Source: Candidatus Caenarcanales bacterium
GTDB lineage: Bacteria > Cyanobacteriota > Vampirovibrionia > LMEP-6097
Direction: 5' to 3'
Length of the DNA stretch: 64,000 nt
Assembly: GCA_022447685.1 (NCBI GenBank)
Contig: JAKVAO010000001.1
Coordinates: 22,939 to 86,938, forward strand
Part shown: positions 20,587-31,158 of the stretch, piece after piece
How the letters are laid out: every line of letters begins with the position of its first letter
Position numbering within the stretch: the stretch's first letter is position 1
Made by a program: the position numbers and the translations under genes
The notes under the pieces: model-generated
The model's database searches: none
Told to the model about the DNA's origin: nothing
The model's input: the letters and a program-made list of their open reading frames with translations, nothing else

Positions 20587-21498
20587 AGACAAAGCATCCA
20601 AAAATTTCAGGGAACCTGTTTTAATTCTAAGTTCATAGTCAAGTAATTTTTCAAGTAGTTTTTCAATGTGAACTAAATTCATATTTCTACTATCTTTTTT
20701 GAGGTGATAGACTCTGCCAGATTTGATATTGAGAACACTTGCAATTTGATCATCAGAGAATTTTTCCTGACTAAGCAGCAATACTGTTTTGAATGTATCG
20801 AGATTGCTCTGTAGCAGGCTCAGTAAGCCAAGATTATTTTCTTGTAGTTTATCTTTTTTTATTTTTTGAAGTTCATTGATGGCTTTTACTTGTTGATTAC
20901 TTGCAAGGTATTTAATAAATTCAAAAACATCATAGTTACTTAGGCAATATTCTTTTAGGTGACTGATTTTGAGCGGATTATGTATGAATGCCACTCTCTC
21001 GATTTCTTTGTATAGATGAGCTGAATCCTCGCAGCCAATATAATCAATAAACTCCCTAAGGTCTGGAGTCGATACTTTTATATCACTATTGTCTTTTAAT
21101 GCTTGACTGAGCCATTGAAGGCACTCTTTTTGCTCCCAGGATTTAAATTTTTTGAATTGTTCAATTTTGCATTCTTTGACCTGCTTCAGTTCTTTAAATA
21201 ATTTCGTTGTGGCTTTTACACTCTCTGCTTCGAGAACTATTGTTTTACTTTGATTACTGATAGTCTCTAAAAAAAACTTTATATACTTATCTTCTTGCTT
21301 TTCAGCAAATATCGATAGATTTTTGAAAATAAGGTTTTGTTTGTTATTACTATCAAACAAAGAGTTACCCTGATTTAGTATCGAGCATATATCCTCTAGT
21401 TTACTTGCATCATGAATTTTGAAATCTTCGTCATTACCCAGCTCTTTTAACCTGAGTTGACGTCTAAATCTATCTTCACCGTAGATAAGGTAAATCAT
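20569..21498 (-). CDS. holA: DNA polymerase III subunit delta
   Basis: MIYLIYGEDRF start, EIERV, DVFEF, C-terminal DYELRIKTG. Confidence 0.8.
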   Translation of the reverse strand: MIYLIYGEDRFRRQLRLKELGNDEDFKIHDASKLEDICSILNQGNSLFDSNNKQNLIFKNLSIFAEKQEDKYIKFFLETISNQSKTIVLEAESVKATTKLFKELKQVKECKIEQFKKFKSWEQKECLQWLSQALKDNSDIKVSTPDLREFIDYIGCEDSAHLYKEIERVAFIHNPLKISHLKEYCLSNYDVFEFIKYLASNQQVKAINELQKIKKDKLQENNLGLLSLLQSNLDTFKTVLLLSQEKFSDDQIASVLNIKSGRVYHLKKDSRNMNLVHIEKLLEKLLDYELRIKTGSLKFLDALSLLVHA

Positions 21499-21528
21499 TC
21501 ATAGCTAAATATACTATATCTTTGCTAT

Positions 21529-21813
21529 CTACCCTATCATCTTCGATATAGATACTGGTTTTACAAATTGCTTAAAACTTTCTTGGGTTTTAGATTTACT
21601 TGAACTTACAAGTTTCTTTTCCTCTTCTTTGTTGTTTACTCTTTTGGTAAATAATGGAATACCTGATTCCCTTTCTTTTTTCCCTTGGGCAATGGCAGAT
21701 TTTAGTAATGTAGGCTGCCTTAAATCATCTCTTAATCTAGATGCAATTATTTCTCTTACTTTACTTAATTTAATTTTTTTCTTGGTTTGATTCATTATTC
21801 CTACTGACTCCAA
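21529..21813 (-). CDS. hypothetical basic protein
   Basis: 94-aa Lys-rich ORF co-oriented with holA. Confidence 0.5.
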   Translation of the reverse strand: MESVGIMNQTKKKIKLSKVREIIASRLRDDLRQPTLLKSAIAQGKKERESGIPLFTKRVNNKEEEKKLVSSSKSKTQESFKQFVKPVSISKMIG

Positions 21814-21949
21814 CTATTTATTAGCAATAAATGTAGTTTAATCAAAAAATATTAAGCCTTGGTTAAGAGTCCTGCTTTGCTCTATCTCTGGCAAAAATAA
21901 AAATCTTAAGCTTTTTTTCAATATGAATAAGTTATGGGAGCTAATACTT

Positions 21950-22000
21950 TGCTATCATATTAGTTCGTTATTTTTATGCTCAAGTTGAGTATCTAAATAA
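21950..22000 (+). promoter_or_regulatory. extended -10 promoter and leader hairpin of the rplB operon
   Basis: TG-C-TATCAT at 21950-21958 followed by TTATTT-TT-ATGCTC-AAGTT-GAGTAT-CT-AAATAA stem-loop. Confidence 0.5.
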
Positions 22001-22015
22001 TTTCAGGTAAAACAT

Positions 22016-22858
22016 ATGGCCCTTAAGAAGAAAAATCCAAAAACACCAGGCGCTAGAGGCATGATCACTCTAGAAAGAACTGATTTGACTAAGTCAAAGC
22101 CAGAAAAGTCTTTAATTGTCAAGCTGAATAAGTCTACTGGTAGAAATAACTTAGGTAGAATCACTTGTAGGCACAAAGGTGGTGCTGTTAAGAAGAAATA
22201 CAGAATTGTTGACTGGAAAAGAGATAAGTTTGGTATTCCAGCTACTGTAAAAGCTATTGAATATGATCCAAATAGAAATGTACATTTAGCTCTACTTTTC
22301 TATAAAGACGGTGAAAAGCGTTATATCCTTGCACCTAAAGGTTTAAATATTGGAACAATTGTAGAGTCAGGCCCAGAATCTGAGATTGCTATCGGAAACT
22401 GTTTACCACTTAGAGATATTCCTCAAGGTACAACTGTTCACTGTATCGAGCTAAACCTTGGTAAAGGTGCTCAAATGGTAAGATCAGCTGGATCTTCAGC
22501 TATGCTATCTGCAAAAGATGGTGATTATGCAATTATCAAACTTCCATCTGGTGAGTTGAGAAGAGTTCATTTAGACTGTATCGCTACTATTGGTACTTTG
22601 GGTAATGCTGACCAGAAAAATACTGTTACTGGTAAAGCTGGTATTAATAGACATAAAGGTATCAGGCCTACTGTTCGAGGTTCTGCTATGAACCCTGTTG
22701 ATCACCCTCATGGTGGTGGTGAAGGTAGAGCACCTATTGGTGGTATTCCTAAAACATTTAAAGGTAAGAGAGTTGGTATTAAGACTAGAAAGAATAAGCG
22801 TTCTTCTAAGTACATAATTACTAACAGAAGAGGTAGAAAGGTAGCAGCAACTAGCTAG
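22016..22858 (+). CDS. rplB: 50S ribosomal protein L2
   Basis: [33 protein letters not shown]. Confidence 0.99.
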   Translation: MALKKKNPKTPGARGMITLERTDLTKSKPEKSLIVKLNKSTGRNNLGRITCRHKGGAVKKKYRIVDWKRDKFGIPATVKAIEYDPNRNVHLALLFYKDGEKRYILAPKGLNIGTIVESGPESEIAIGNCLPLRDIPQGTTVHCIELNLGKGAQMVRSAGSSAMLSAKDGDYAIIKLPSGELRRVHLDCIATIGTLGNADQKNTVTGKAGINRHKGIRPTVRGSAMNPVDHPHGGGEGRAPIGGIPKTFKGKRVGIKTRKNKRSSKYIITNRRGRKVAATS

Positions 22859-22874
22859 TTAAAAGGTAAGATTT

Positions 22875-23156
22875 ATGTCACGTTCAACAAAAAAAGGACC
22901 ATATGTTCATCATTCACTCTGGAAAAAGCTTCAACAAGCTATAGAGAAAGGTGAGAAGAAAGTTATCAAAACATGGAAGAGATCTTCAATGATACTTCCT
23001 GAAATGGTTGGTTTCACAATCGCTGTATATAATGGTCAAAAGTTTATTCCTGTGTATTGTTCAGAATCAATGGTTGGTCACAGGTTAGGTGAATTTGCTC
23101 TTACTAGAACATTTAGAGGGCATGCAGGATCTAAGAAAGCAAAAGTTGGCAGATAA
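22875..23156 (+). CDS. rpsS: 30S ribosomal protein S19
   Basis: [24 protein letters not shown]. Confidence 0.99.
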   Translation: MSRSTKKGPYVHHSLWKKLQQAIEKGEKKVIKTWKRSSMILPEMVGFTIAVYNGQKFIPVYCSESMVGHRLGEFALTRTFRGHAGSKKAKVGR

Positions 23157-23590
23157 TGGTAGAAAAAGTAACAGTTAAAGCAAGATTAGGATTTATTAGG
23201 CAAACTGCAAGAAAACTTCGCAGAACAGTAAATCTTATTAGAAAAATGAAAGCTGGTGAAGCTCTAGATACATTAAGGTTCCTACCTTATGCAGCAGCTA
23301 CTTCAGTGAAGAAATTATTAATGAGTGCAATGGCAAATGCTAAAGCTAATCATGGTATTGATAAGCCTGAGGATTTATATATTTCTCAATTCTTAGTTGA
23401 CGATAAAAGCATTCTAAAAAGATATAGAGCAAGAGCAAGAGGACGTGCTTTCTCTATATATAAAAGATGTTCACAAATGAATATTGTTTTAAGTGAAATG
23501 AATCCTGCTGAATATGCTAAGCATGTGTGGGAAGTGTCTCCTAGAAACAAAAAAAACTGGAAAAAGGATAATAAGGAGCTAAGCAAGTAA
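23156..23590 (+). CDS. rplV: 50S ribosomal protein L22
   Basis: TARKLR, SAMANA, RARARGRA; position in operon. Confidence 0.97.
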   Translation: MVEKVTVKARLGFIRQTARKLRRTVNLIRKMKAGEALDTLRFLPYAAATSVKKLLMSAMANAKANHGIDKPEDLYISQFLVDDKSILKRYRARARGRAFSIYKRCSQMNIVLSEMNPAEYAKHVWEVSPRNKKNWKKDNKELSK

Positions 23591-24306
23591 TGGGACAGAA
23601 AGTACCACCACGCGCAAATAGATTAGGTATTGTTGAATCTTCTGATTCTATAACTTATGTAGAATTCAGAGCAGGACAATTTGCATACGTTCTTCAAGAA
23701 GATACTTTGATTAGAAAGTATGTTAAGAAGAAACTTAAAAACGCAGGTATTAGCAAAATTATTATTCAAAGAAAGCCTGGTCAAGTTCAAGTTAACTTGA
23801 TGACAGCGAGACCTGGTTTGGTTTTTGGTAAGTCTAACGAAGGTTTGGATACTTTAAGAGCTGAATTGACAGCACTTATTAATCGTCCAGAGCTTACCTT
23901 ACAAGTTAATGTTTTTGAAGTTAATAAAATTGATGTAGATGCACAGCTTATTGCTGAGAGTATTGCTCAGCAGCTTGAGAGAAGAATTGCTTTTAGAAGA
24001 GCAATGAAGCAGTTTATCCAAAGAGCGATGAGAGCTGGAGCTACAGGTATCAAGATTGAAGTTTCTGGAAGATTGGCAGGTATCGAGATTGCTAGAACAG
24101 AGAGATCTCAAGAAGGTAGTGTTCCTTGCCATACTTTTAGAGCAAACATAGATTATGGATTCTCTGAGGCCCTTACTACTTATGGAAACATTGGTATCAA
24201 AGTATGGGTAAATCATGGAATTCTTAAGCCAGGAGAAAAGGCGAAGTTAAATATTAAAGCCGCTGCTGGAAATATGGGAGGAGTAACAGCTAATGCTGCA
24301 GCCTAA
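23590..24306 (+). CDS. rpsC: 30S ribosomal protein S3
   Basis: [38 protein letters not shown]. Confidence 0.99.
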   Translation: MGQKVPPRANRLGIVESSDSITYVEFRAGQFAYVLQEDTLIRKYVKKKLKNAGISKIIIQRKPGQVQVNLMTARPGLVFGKSNEGLDTLRAELTALINRPELTLQVNVFEVNKIDVDAQLIAESIAQQLERRIAFRRAMKQFIQRAMRAGATGIKIEVSGRLAGIEIARTERSQEGSVPCHTFRANIDYGFSEALTTYGNIGIKVWVNHGILKPGEKAKLNIKAAAGNMGGVTANAAA

Positions 24307-24706
24307 GAGAACTAAATTTAGAAAACAAATGCGTGGCCGCATGACTGGTAAAGAAACTCGTGGTGCTAAGATTGATTTCGGTGATATTGGTCTTCAAGCA
24401 CTTGAGCCAAAATGGATTACTTCAAGACAGATAGAGGCAGCTAGAAGAGCTATGACTCGTCATATCAAGAGGGGTGGTCGTATTTGGATTAGAATTTTCC
24501 CAGATAAGCCAGTAACAATGAGACCTGCTGAAACTAGAATGGGTGCTGGTAAAGGTAATCCTGAATTTTGGGTAGCTGTTGTTAAGCCAGGTAGAGTTAT
24601 TTTTGAAATAGCTGGTGTTGATCTTGCTTTAGCAAAGAGAGCATTAGAGTTAGCAGCTGCTAAATTCCCATGCAAATGTAAGATTATTACTAAGGAGGGT
24701 TTATAG
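24293..24706 (+). CDS. rplP: 50S ribosomal protein L16
   Basis: [31 protein letters not shown]. Confidence 0.99.
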   Translation: MLQPKRTKFRKQMRGRMTGKETRGAKIDFGDIGLQALEPKWITSRQIEAARRAMTRHIKRGGRIWIRIFPDKPVTMRPAETRMGAGKGNPEFWVAVVKPGRVIFEIAGVDLALAKRALELAAAKFPCKCKIITKEGL

Positions 24707-24708
24707 TT

Positions 24709-24915
24709 ATGTTATTAAAAGCTAAAGATTTAAGAGATAAATCAGTAGATGAATTGAAATCAGAGCTCAAAACATTATATAATGACTTATTCGAAGCTAA
24801 GATGGCACTTCACTCTAGAAAGCTTGAAAACCTTTCATCAATAAGAGAAATTAAGAAGTCGGTAGCTAGAATCTACACTGTAATTAAGGAAAAGGAAGAG
24901 CTAGAGAATGCCTAA
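24709..24915 (+). CDS. rpmC: 50S ribosomal protein L29
   Basis: KAKDLR...[12 protein letters not shown]. Confidence 0.96.
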   Translation: MLLKAKDLRDKSVDELKSELKTLYNDLFEAKMALHSRKLENLSSIREIKKSVARIYTVIKEKEELENA

Positions 24916-25153
24916 AAGAAGATTAATCGGTATTGTAAAAAGCGCTAAAGTAGACAAAACTATCCAAGTTATAGTTACTACTAAAGTTAAGCATAAGCGT
25001 TATCACAAAATTATCAATAGATCAAAGACTTTTGCCGCTCATGATTCAGAAAATCTAGCAGCTGCAGGTGATAAGGTTCTTATCGAAGAATCTCGCCCTA
25101 TTTCTAAAACCAAGAAGTGGGTATTAGTCAATGTATTGGAGAAAGCTATTTAA
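24908..25153 (+). CDS. rpsQ: 30S ribosomal protein S17
   Basis: GIVKSAKVDKTI, AHD, ESRPISKTKKW. Confidence 0.98.
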   Translation: MPKRRLIGIVKSAKVDKTIQVIVTTKVKHKRYHKIINRSKTFAAHDSENLAAAGDKVLIEESRPISKTKKWVLVNVLEKAI

Positions 25154-25163
25154 GGGATAAAGC

Positions 25164-25529
25164 ATGTTACAACAAGAAAGTGAGTTAAATGTTGCTGATA
25201 ACACTGGCGCTAAGAGGGTCAGAATAATAAGAGTATTGAAAGCTAACGCAAAGTTTGCTGAATTAGGAGATACTTTTGTTGCTACTGTTAAGGATGCACT
25301 TCCTAACATGTCAGTAAAGAAATCTGCGATTGTTCGTGGTGTGGTTGCACGCATGAAGAAACGTAAGAGAAGAAAAGACGGTAGTTGGATTGAATTCGAT
25401 GAAAATGCATGTGTCTTAATCGACAAAGCAGGAAACCCAATCGGTTCTCGTGTATTTGGTCCTATTGCTAGAGAGTTAAGAGAGCATGGATTTATGAAGA
25501 TCGTTTCTCTAGCTCAGGAGGTAGTTTAA
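25164..25529 (+). CDS. rplN: 50S ribosomal protein L14
   Basis: [30 protein letters not shown]. Confidence 0.99.
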   Translation: MLQQESELNVADNTGAKRVRIIRVLKANAKFAELGDTFVATVKDALPNMSVKKSAIVRGVVARMKKRKRRKDGSWIEFDENACVLIDKAGNPIGSRVFGPIARELREHGFMKIVSLAQEVV

Positions 25530-25972
25530 TGAATAACACTAAGAAAAAAAAGCCATTAAAGAGATATACTAAAGCTGCTGTTAAGCCTTTTGTGAAGAAA
25601 GGATCTAAGCTACTTTTATCTAGAGCGCTTAATAAGGTTGGAGCTTCTAACCCTAGAGTTAAGTCGCACGTTAAATGTGGTGATGAAGTTATTGTAATCA
25701 GCGGTTCTAGCAAAGGTAAAATTTCTAAAGTATTAGACGTTTTCCAAGATGGAACCATTATTGTAGAAGGCGTTAATGTAAAGACTAAGCATAAGAAAGC
25801 TTATGATCCTGGACAAGAAGGTGAAATTACTAAGATTGAAGCTCCTATTTATGCTTCTAATGTAATGATCTGGGATGAAACTGCAAAGAAAGCTTCAAGA
25901 GTAGGTAAGAAAACCCTTGAAAATGGTTCAAAGGTTAGAATTTCCAAAGTAAGTGGGGAGCAATTAGATTAA
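25529..25972 (+). CDS. rplX: 50S ribosomal protein L24 (N-terminally extended)
   Basis: [16 protein letters not shown] motif, [14 protein letters not shown]. Confidence 0.96.
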   Translation: MNNTKKKKPLKRYTKAAVKPFVKKGSKLLLSRALNKVGASNPRVKSHVKCGDEVIVISGSSKGKISKVLDVFQDGTIIVEGVNVKTKHKKAYDPGQEGEITKIEAPIYASNVMIWDETAKKASRVGKKTLENGSKVRISKVSGEQLD

Positions 25973-26532
25973 TGGCTACAAGTTTAAAAGAAAAATATAA
26001 TAGCGAAGTAAAGAACGAACTTAAAGATGATCTTAAATGTGCTAACGTTCACCAAATTCCAAAATTACAAAAGATTATTATTAACTTTGGTTTAGGTGAA
26101 TCTGCATCTAATTCTAAAACTTTAGAGAGAGCAATTGAAGAATTAGCTAATATTTCTGGGCAAAAGCCAGTAATCACTAGAGCTAGAAAATCTATTGCAG
26201 GTTTCAAGTTAAGAGAAGGTGCTCCAATTGGTATCAAAGTTACTTTAAGAAGTGAAAAAATGTACAACTTCTTCAGTAAATTAGTTAATATCGCAATGCC
26301 AAGGATTAGAGATTTCCAAGGAATTTCTCGTAAGTCTTTTGACGGTAAAGGTAATTATACTTTCGGTATCAAGGAACAGATTATATTTCCTGAAATTAAG
26401 TATGATCAAGTAGACGCTATTAGAGGTATGGATATTACTATTTGTACATCTGCTACTAATGACGCTGATGCATTAGTACTTTTAGAAAAACTTGGAATGC
26501 CTTTCAAGAAGGTAGCTGGAGCAAAGGGATAA
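25972..26532 (+). CDS. rplE: 50S ribosomal protein L5
   Basis: [34 protein letters not shown]. Confidence 0.99.
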   Translation: MATSLKEKYNSEVKNELKDDLKCANVHQIPKLQKIIINFGLGESASNSKTLERAIEELANISGQKPVITRARKSIAGFKLREGAPIGIKVTLRSEKMYNFFSKLVNIAMPRIRDFQGISRKSFDGKGNYTFGIKEQIIFPEIKYDQVDAIRGMDITICTSATNDADALVLLEKLGMPFKKVAGAKG

Positions 26533-26539
26533 TTTAATT

Positions 26540-26845
26540 ATGGCAAAGAAATCTTGTATTCAAAAAACAAAGAAGAAAGAAAGGCTTATTGAAAAGTTTG
26601 CTAAGAAACGTGGTGAGCTAAAAGCTAAGATGAATGATCCAGAATTGGATTTTGAAGAAAGAATAGCAATTCAGGAGAAACTTGAAAACCTTCCACTTAA
26701 TTCATCTCGTGTTAGACACAGAAATAGATGTTGGTTGACTGGTAGACCTCGTGGTTACCATAGAGATTTAGGTTTATGTCGTAACTCACTTAGAGAGATG
26801 GCTCATAGAGGATTGATTCCTGGTTTAACGAAGGCTAGTTGGTAA
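26540..26845 (+). CDS. rpsN: 30S ribosomal protein S14 (long, Zn-independent form)
   Basis: 101 aa, RNRCWLTGRPRG, IPGLTKASW. Confidence 0.98.
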   Translation: MAKKSCIQKTKKKERLIEKFAKKRGELKAKMNDPELDFEERIAIQEKLENLPLNSSRVRHRNRCWLTGRPRGYHRDLGLCRNSLREMAHRGLIPGLTKASW

Positions 26846-26857
26846 TCGGAGTATAAA

Positions 26858-27292
26858 ATGGTTGTAAAAGATTCAAAAACAAAAACAAATAAAGTAAGTA
26901 ACGATCCAGTATCTGATTGTCTTACTAGAATTAGAAATGCAGTAACTATCAAGAAAAATAAAGTTGATGTTCCTTTCAGTAAGTTAAAGCTAGCTTTAAT
27001 AGATTTACTTCAGAAAGAAGGTTACATTAAGTCTTATGAAGTAATCAATATAGATACTCCTTCAATGAAGTCTATTATTATTGAATTGAAGTATGTACAG
27101 GGTGAATCTGCGATTAAAGGCTTAAAAAGAGTTTCAAAGCCTGGACTTAGAAAATACTCAAAGTCTAAGTATGTTCCAAGAATTTTAAACGGTTTAGGTA
27201 TCTGCGTAATATCTACAAATAAAGGATTGATTACTGATAGAAAAGCAAGAGCTGAAAAATGTGGTGGAGAAATTCTTTGCACCGTTTGGTAA
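26858..27292 (+). CDS. rpsH: 30S ribosomal protein S8
   Basis: DPVSDCLTRIRNA, RVSKPGLR, GGEILCTVW. Confidence 0.98.
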   Translation: MVVKDSKTKTNKVSNDPVSDCLTRIRNAVTIKKNKVDVPFSKLKLALIDLLQKEGYIKSYEVINIDTPSMKSIIIELKYVQGESAIKGLKRVSKPGLRKYSKSKYVPRILNGLGICVISTNKGLITDRKARAEKCGGEILCTVW

Positions 27293-27311
27293 TTTAAAGG
27301 GATAAGGAAAA

Positions 27312-27866
27312 ATGTCTAGAATAGGTAAGAAAGAAATAATAATCCCAGAAAATGTCCAAGTGACATTAGAGGAAAGTGATTTTGGAACTTTAGTTAAAGT
27401 TAAAGGTCCTAAAGCTGAGTTAGAGAAGTTAATCAGACCTGAGATAGCCTTAGCTCAAGAAGATAAAGTTTTGAAATTGACTGTAGCTAAGAAGACTAAG
27501 CAATCAAATGCTTTCTATGGTTTATCTAGAACTTTAATCAACAATATGATAGTTGGCGTTACAGTTGGCTTCAATAAAGAACTTGAGATTCAAGGTGTTG
27601 GTTATAGAGCTTTAATGCAAGGTCAAGCTATTAATTTTCAGCTTGGTAAGTCTCACCCAGAGGTTTTTGACGCTCCATCAGGGATTACTTTTACTGTTGA
27701 AAAAACAGGACTTGGAATTAAGGTTGAAGGTGCAGATAAAGAACTTGTTGGTCAAGTAGCAGCTTCAATAAGAGCTTTAAGACCAGTAGAAGTTTATAAA
27801 GGTAAAGGTATCAGATATAAAGGCGAGTATGTTCGTAAGAAAGCTGGTAAGTCTGGTGGTAAGTAA
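27312..27866 (+). CDS. rplF: 50S ribosomal protein L6
   Basis: MSRIGK, GVGYRA, YKGKGIRY. Confidence 0.99.
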   Translation: MSRIGKKEIIIPENVQVTLEESDFGTLVKVKGPKAELEKLIRPEIALAQEDKVLKLTVAKKTKQSNAFYGLSRTLINNMIVGVTVGFNKELEIQGVGYRALMQGQAINFQLGKSHPEVFDAPSGITFTVEKTGLGIKVEGADKELVGQVAASIRALRPVEVYKGKGIRYKGEYVRKKAGKSGGK

Positions 27867-27886
27867 AATTTTAAAGGAATTTCAAA

Positions 27887-28273
27887 ATGGCATTAGTTTC
27901 AAGAAAAGTTAGAAGACAGAAAAGGCATTTTAGGGCAAGAAGAAAGCTTGTTGGTACTCAAGACAGACCTAGATTATCTGTATATAGATCAAATAAGCAT
28001 ATTTCAGCCCAGATTGTAGTTGATTCAGATCCCGAGAATCCAAGTAAGGGAGCTATAACTCTTTGTGCAACTTCTTCTTATTCTTCTAAACTCAAACCTG
28101 AGTTGAATGGTGGAGCTAATGTAGCAGCTGCAGAGTTAGTTGGTAAAACTGTTGCTGAGCTTGCAAAAGAAAAAGGTATATCAAAAGTAGTTTTTGATAA
28201 AGGTGGAAATTTATACCACGGTAGAGTAAAGGCTTTAGCAGAAGCTGCAAGAGAAGCAGGACTAGAGTTTTAA
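27887..28273 (+). CDS. rplR: 50S ribosomal protein L18
   Basis: [32 protein letters not shown]. Confidence 0.99.
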   Translation: MALVSRKVRRQKRHFRARRKLVGTQDRPRLSVYRSNKHISAQIVVDSDPENPSKGAITLCATSSYSSKLKPELNGGANVAAAELVGKTVAELAKEKGISKVVFDKGGNLYHGRVKALAEAAREAGLEF

Positions 28274-28284
28274 TAGGAGTTTTT

Positions 28285-29055
28285 ATGTCAGAAGAAGCAA
28301 AAAAAGAGGAAAACAAAGTTAAGGTTACTGAAGTAAAAGAAACTTCTAAAGAAGCTGAGAAGGTAGTTGAAGTTAAAGCAGAGACTAACAAAGAAGCAAA
28401 TTCTAAAGATAAAGATGCTGGTGTAGCTGTTGCTAAGCTTGATGATACAGAAAGCGCAATCATTGGTAAAGAAGCTGCTCCATCTTCAGAAAAATCTGAT
28501 CCTAAAGCTTTTAACAAAAAGAAAAAGAAAAAAGACGGTGGTCAGAGAAGACAAAAGAGATCTGAAACTCAAGAAGCTGAGTACATAGAGAAAGTTGTTC
28601 AAGTTAGAAGAGTAACCAAAGTTGTTAAAGGTGGTAAAAAGCTTTCTTTCAGAGTTGTTGTTATTATTGGTAACGAGAAAGGTAAAGTAGGAGTTGGAGT
28701 TGGTAAAGCTTCTGAAGTATTAGGTGCTATTCGTAAAGCAGTATATGATGCTAGAAAGAACTTAGTTGATATTTCTATGGTTGCTAGCACTATCTCACAT
28801 AGAGTAGTTGCAAGAGCTGCTGGTTCAGAGATTATGCTTAAGCCTGCTGCTGAAGGTACTGGTATCATTGCTGGTGGTACAGCTAGGATTGTATTAGAGC
28901 TTTCTGGTCTAGGTGATATACTTGCTAAATCTAAGGGATCAAAATCTCCACTAAACGTAGCTAGAGCTACGATTAAAGCTTTACAATCACTTAGAAGTTT
29001 CAAAGACGTTGCAAAATTAAGAGGTTTAACTGTAAAACAAATGCTTTTTGCATAA
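28285..29055 (+). CDS. rpsE: 30S ribosomal protein S5 (long N-terminal extension)
   Basis: RVTKVVKGGK, GKASEV, PAAEGTGIIAGG. Confidence 0.98.
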   Translation: MSEEAKKEENKVKVTEVKETSKEAEKVVEVKAETNKEANSKDKDAGVAVAKLDDTESAIIGKEAAPSSEKSDPKAFNKKKKKKDGGQRRQKRSETQEAEYIEKVVQVRRVTKVVKGGKKLSFRVVVIIGNEKGKVGVGVGKASEVLGAIRKAVYDARKNLVDISMVASTISHRVVARAAGSEIMLKPAAEGTGIIAGGTARIVLELSGLGDILAKSKGSKSPLNVARATIKALQSLRSFKDVAKLRGLTVKQMLFA

Positions 29056-29068
29056 AGGATCAATAATC

Positions 29069-29266
29069 ATGGCAGAAAAAAATAGAAAAAAAATATCAAT
29101 AAAATTAGTTAGAGGATATGCTGCAGCTTCTAAGAAACAATCAAAAGTTTTAGAATCTTTAGGATTGAGAAAAACTAATGCTGTAGTTGATCATTTCGAC
29201 TCTCCTACAATTTTAGGGATGGTTAAGAAAGTTGAGCACTTAGTGCAAGTTCAGGAACTTGTATAA
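29069..29266 (+). CDS. rpmD: 50S ribosomal protein L30
   Basis: IKLVRG...LESLGLRK...ILGMVKKVEHLV; ATG 29069 after AAGGA. Confidence 0.93.
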   Translation: MAEKNRKKISIKLVRGYAAASKKQSKVLESLGLRKTNAVVDHFDSPTILGMVKKVEHLVQVQELV

Positions 29267-29291
29267 GTTATATTGTTAGGAGTTTGAGAAA

Positions 29292-29750
29292 ATGGCAGAG
29301 AATCTTAAGAATTTAGATAAAGCAGAAGGCTCAGTAAAGACTAGAGCTAGAAAAGGTAGAGGTATTGCTTCTGGTGCTGGTAAAACTAGTGGTAGAGGAA
29401 TGAGAGGTCAAAAATGTAGATCTGGTTATTCTAGGGAGCCTTGGAGAGAAGGTGGTCAGACTCCATTATATAGACGTTTACCTAAGAGACAAGTTAATAC
29501 TAGAGTTAATAGAAAAGAATACTCAATTATTAATTTATCTGATATACAAAGCTTGGCTGAAGCTGGACATAAAGAGATTAGCTTACTAGTTTTAGAGGAA
29601 GCTGGTTTTATCAAAAAAGCATTACCATATGGTCTTAAAGTTTTAGGTGCTGGTGAACTAAGTTCTGCTGTTACTGTTAAAGCAAATAAATTTAGTGAAT
29701 CTGCAAAGGAAGCTATAGAGAAAGCAGGTGGTAAAGCAATTGAAGTCTGA
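29292..29750 (+). CDS. rplO: 50S ribosomal protein L15
   Basis: [29 protein letters not shown]. Confidence 0.98.
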   Translation: MAENLKNLDKAEGSVKTRARKGRGIASGAGKTSGRGMRGQKCRSGYSREPWREGGQTPLYRRLPKRQVNTRVNRKEYSIINLSDIQSLAEAGHKEISLLVLEEAGFIKKALPYGLKVLGAGELSSAVTVKANKFSESAKEAIEKAGGKAIEV

Positions 29751-31119
29751 AAATAATCAAGTATTAAGTTTCCAAGAAATAACTAAATCATCAGGGCTCG
29801 TTCAAAAAATTATTTTTACGGCTCTGATGATATCTATTTATAGGTTTGGTGTTCATATACCTTTATATGGTGTTGATCAAGAAGCATTAAAATCTAGTAC
29901 TGTCTTATCTTCAGGTTTATTAGGTCTTGTTGATATGTTTGCTGGTGGTGCTTTAAGTGCTTTATCTATTTTTGCACTTGGTATTGGTCCTTATATTACA
30001 TCAAGCATTATTATGCAACTTTTGGTTGAGGTTGTATCTTATCTAAAAGATCTACAAAGAAACCAAGGAGAAGATGGAAGGCAACAATTCCAGAAAATTA
30101 CTAGATACTTAACTATAGCTCTAGCTTTCTTCCAGAGTTTAGCTTTAGCTAGATTCCTTGATGTGGCTCAGATTGCTGTCGACCCTGGTTTTGTATTTTA
30201 TGCTAGAACGATTTTAGTTTTAACTGTTACCTCTTTATTTGTTATGTGGTTAGGTGAGGTGATTACTGAGAAAGGTGTTGGTAATGGGGCTAGCCTCTTG
30301 ATTTTTGTTGGTATAGCTTCAAAACTTCCTGTAATGATAAAAGACACTGCTACAGCCCTAAGAGTGGGTTCTAGTCCTCAATGGGGAGTTATATCTCTTG
30401 TGATTCTATTCCTTGCATTGACGGTATTAATTATTTATATCCAAGAGGGATCAAGAAATTTAACTATATTTGGTGCTAGAAAGCAGAGTGTGGTAACAAA
30501 AGACCATATATTGCCTTTGAAAATAAATCCAGCAGGTGTACTTCCAATAATTTTTGCGAGTGCTTTATTATTTATGCCAGTTCAGCTTCTAACTTTTGCA
30601 GGTATGAGTGATAAATCAGTTTCTATCTTGTTGAGAGAAACCTTTGCTGCTCTTCCTGGTATAGCTAATCTTACAGGTACAAGTATTGGTGCTTTTGGCT
30701 CATGGGTTGCTGAAAGAATTGAATTTATATTTCAATACTCCAAAGTAGAACATTCAATTGTTTATTTAGTGATGATTGTTGCTTTCACTTTCTTCTACTC
30801 ATCAATAGTACTTAACCCTAGAGTTATAGCAGATAATTTGAAGAAATCTGGTAACTCACTTGAAGGTGTTAAGCCTGGTAAGCCAACAGCTGATTTTCTA
30901 GAAAAAACTATTTCTAGAATTGTTTTAATTGGTGCTGCTGCCATTGGTTTAATTGCTGTACTTCCAATTCATGCAGAGCAATGGTTCCAAGTAAACACAC
31001 TTGGTGGACTTGGTTCTACTAGTTTAATAATCCTAGTTGGTGTTGCTGTTGATGTTAGAAATCAAATTCTATCTTATATTCAAAGTCATAGATATCAAGC
31101 TAAAAGCCTTTTAGATTAG
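29728..31119 (+). CDS. secY: preprotein translocase subunit SecY
   Basis: [48 protein letters not shown]. Confidence 0.98.
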   Translation: MVKQLKSENNQVLSFQEITKSSGLVQKIIFTALMISIYRFGVHIPLYGVDQEALKSSTVLSSGLLGLVDMFAGGALSALSIFALGIGPYITSSIIMQLLVEVVSYLKDLQRNQGEDGRQQFQKITRYLTIALAFFQSLALARFLDVAQIAVDPGFVFYARTILVLTVTSLFVMWLGEVITEKGVGNGASLLIFVGIASKLPVMIKDTATALRVGSSPQWGVISLVILFLALTVLIIYIQEGSRNLTIFGARKQSVVTKDHILPLKINPAGVLPIIFASALLFMPVQLLTFAGMSDKSVSILLRETFAALPGIANLTGTSIGAFGSWVAERIEFIFQYSKVEHSIVYLVMIVAFTFFYSSIVLNPRVIADNLKKSGNSLEGVKPGKPTADFLEKTISRIVLIGAAAIGLIAVLPIHAEQWFQVNTLGGLGSTSLIILVGVAVDVRNQILSYIQSHRYQAKSLLD

Positions 31120-31158
31120 ATCTTGGTCTGGTATATTTATTTATCTATATATTCTAAA

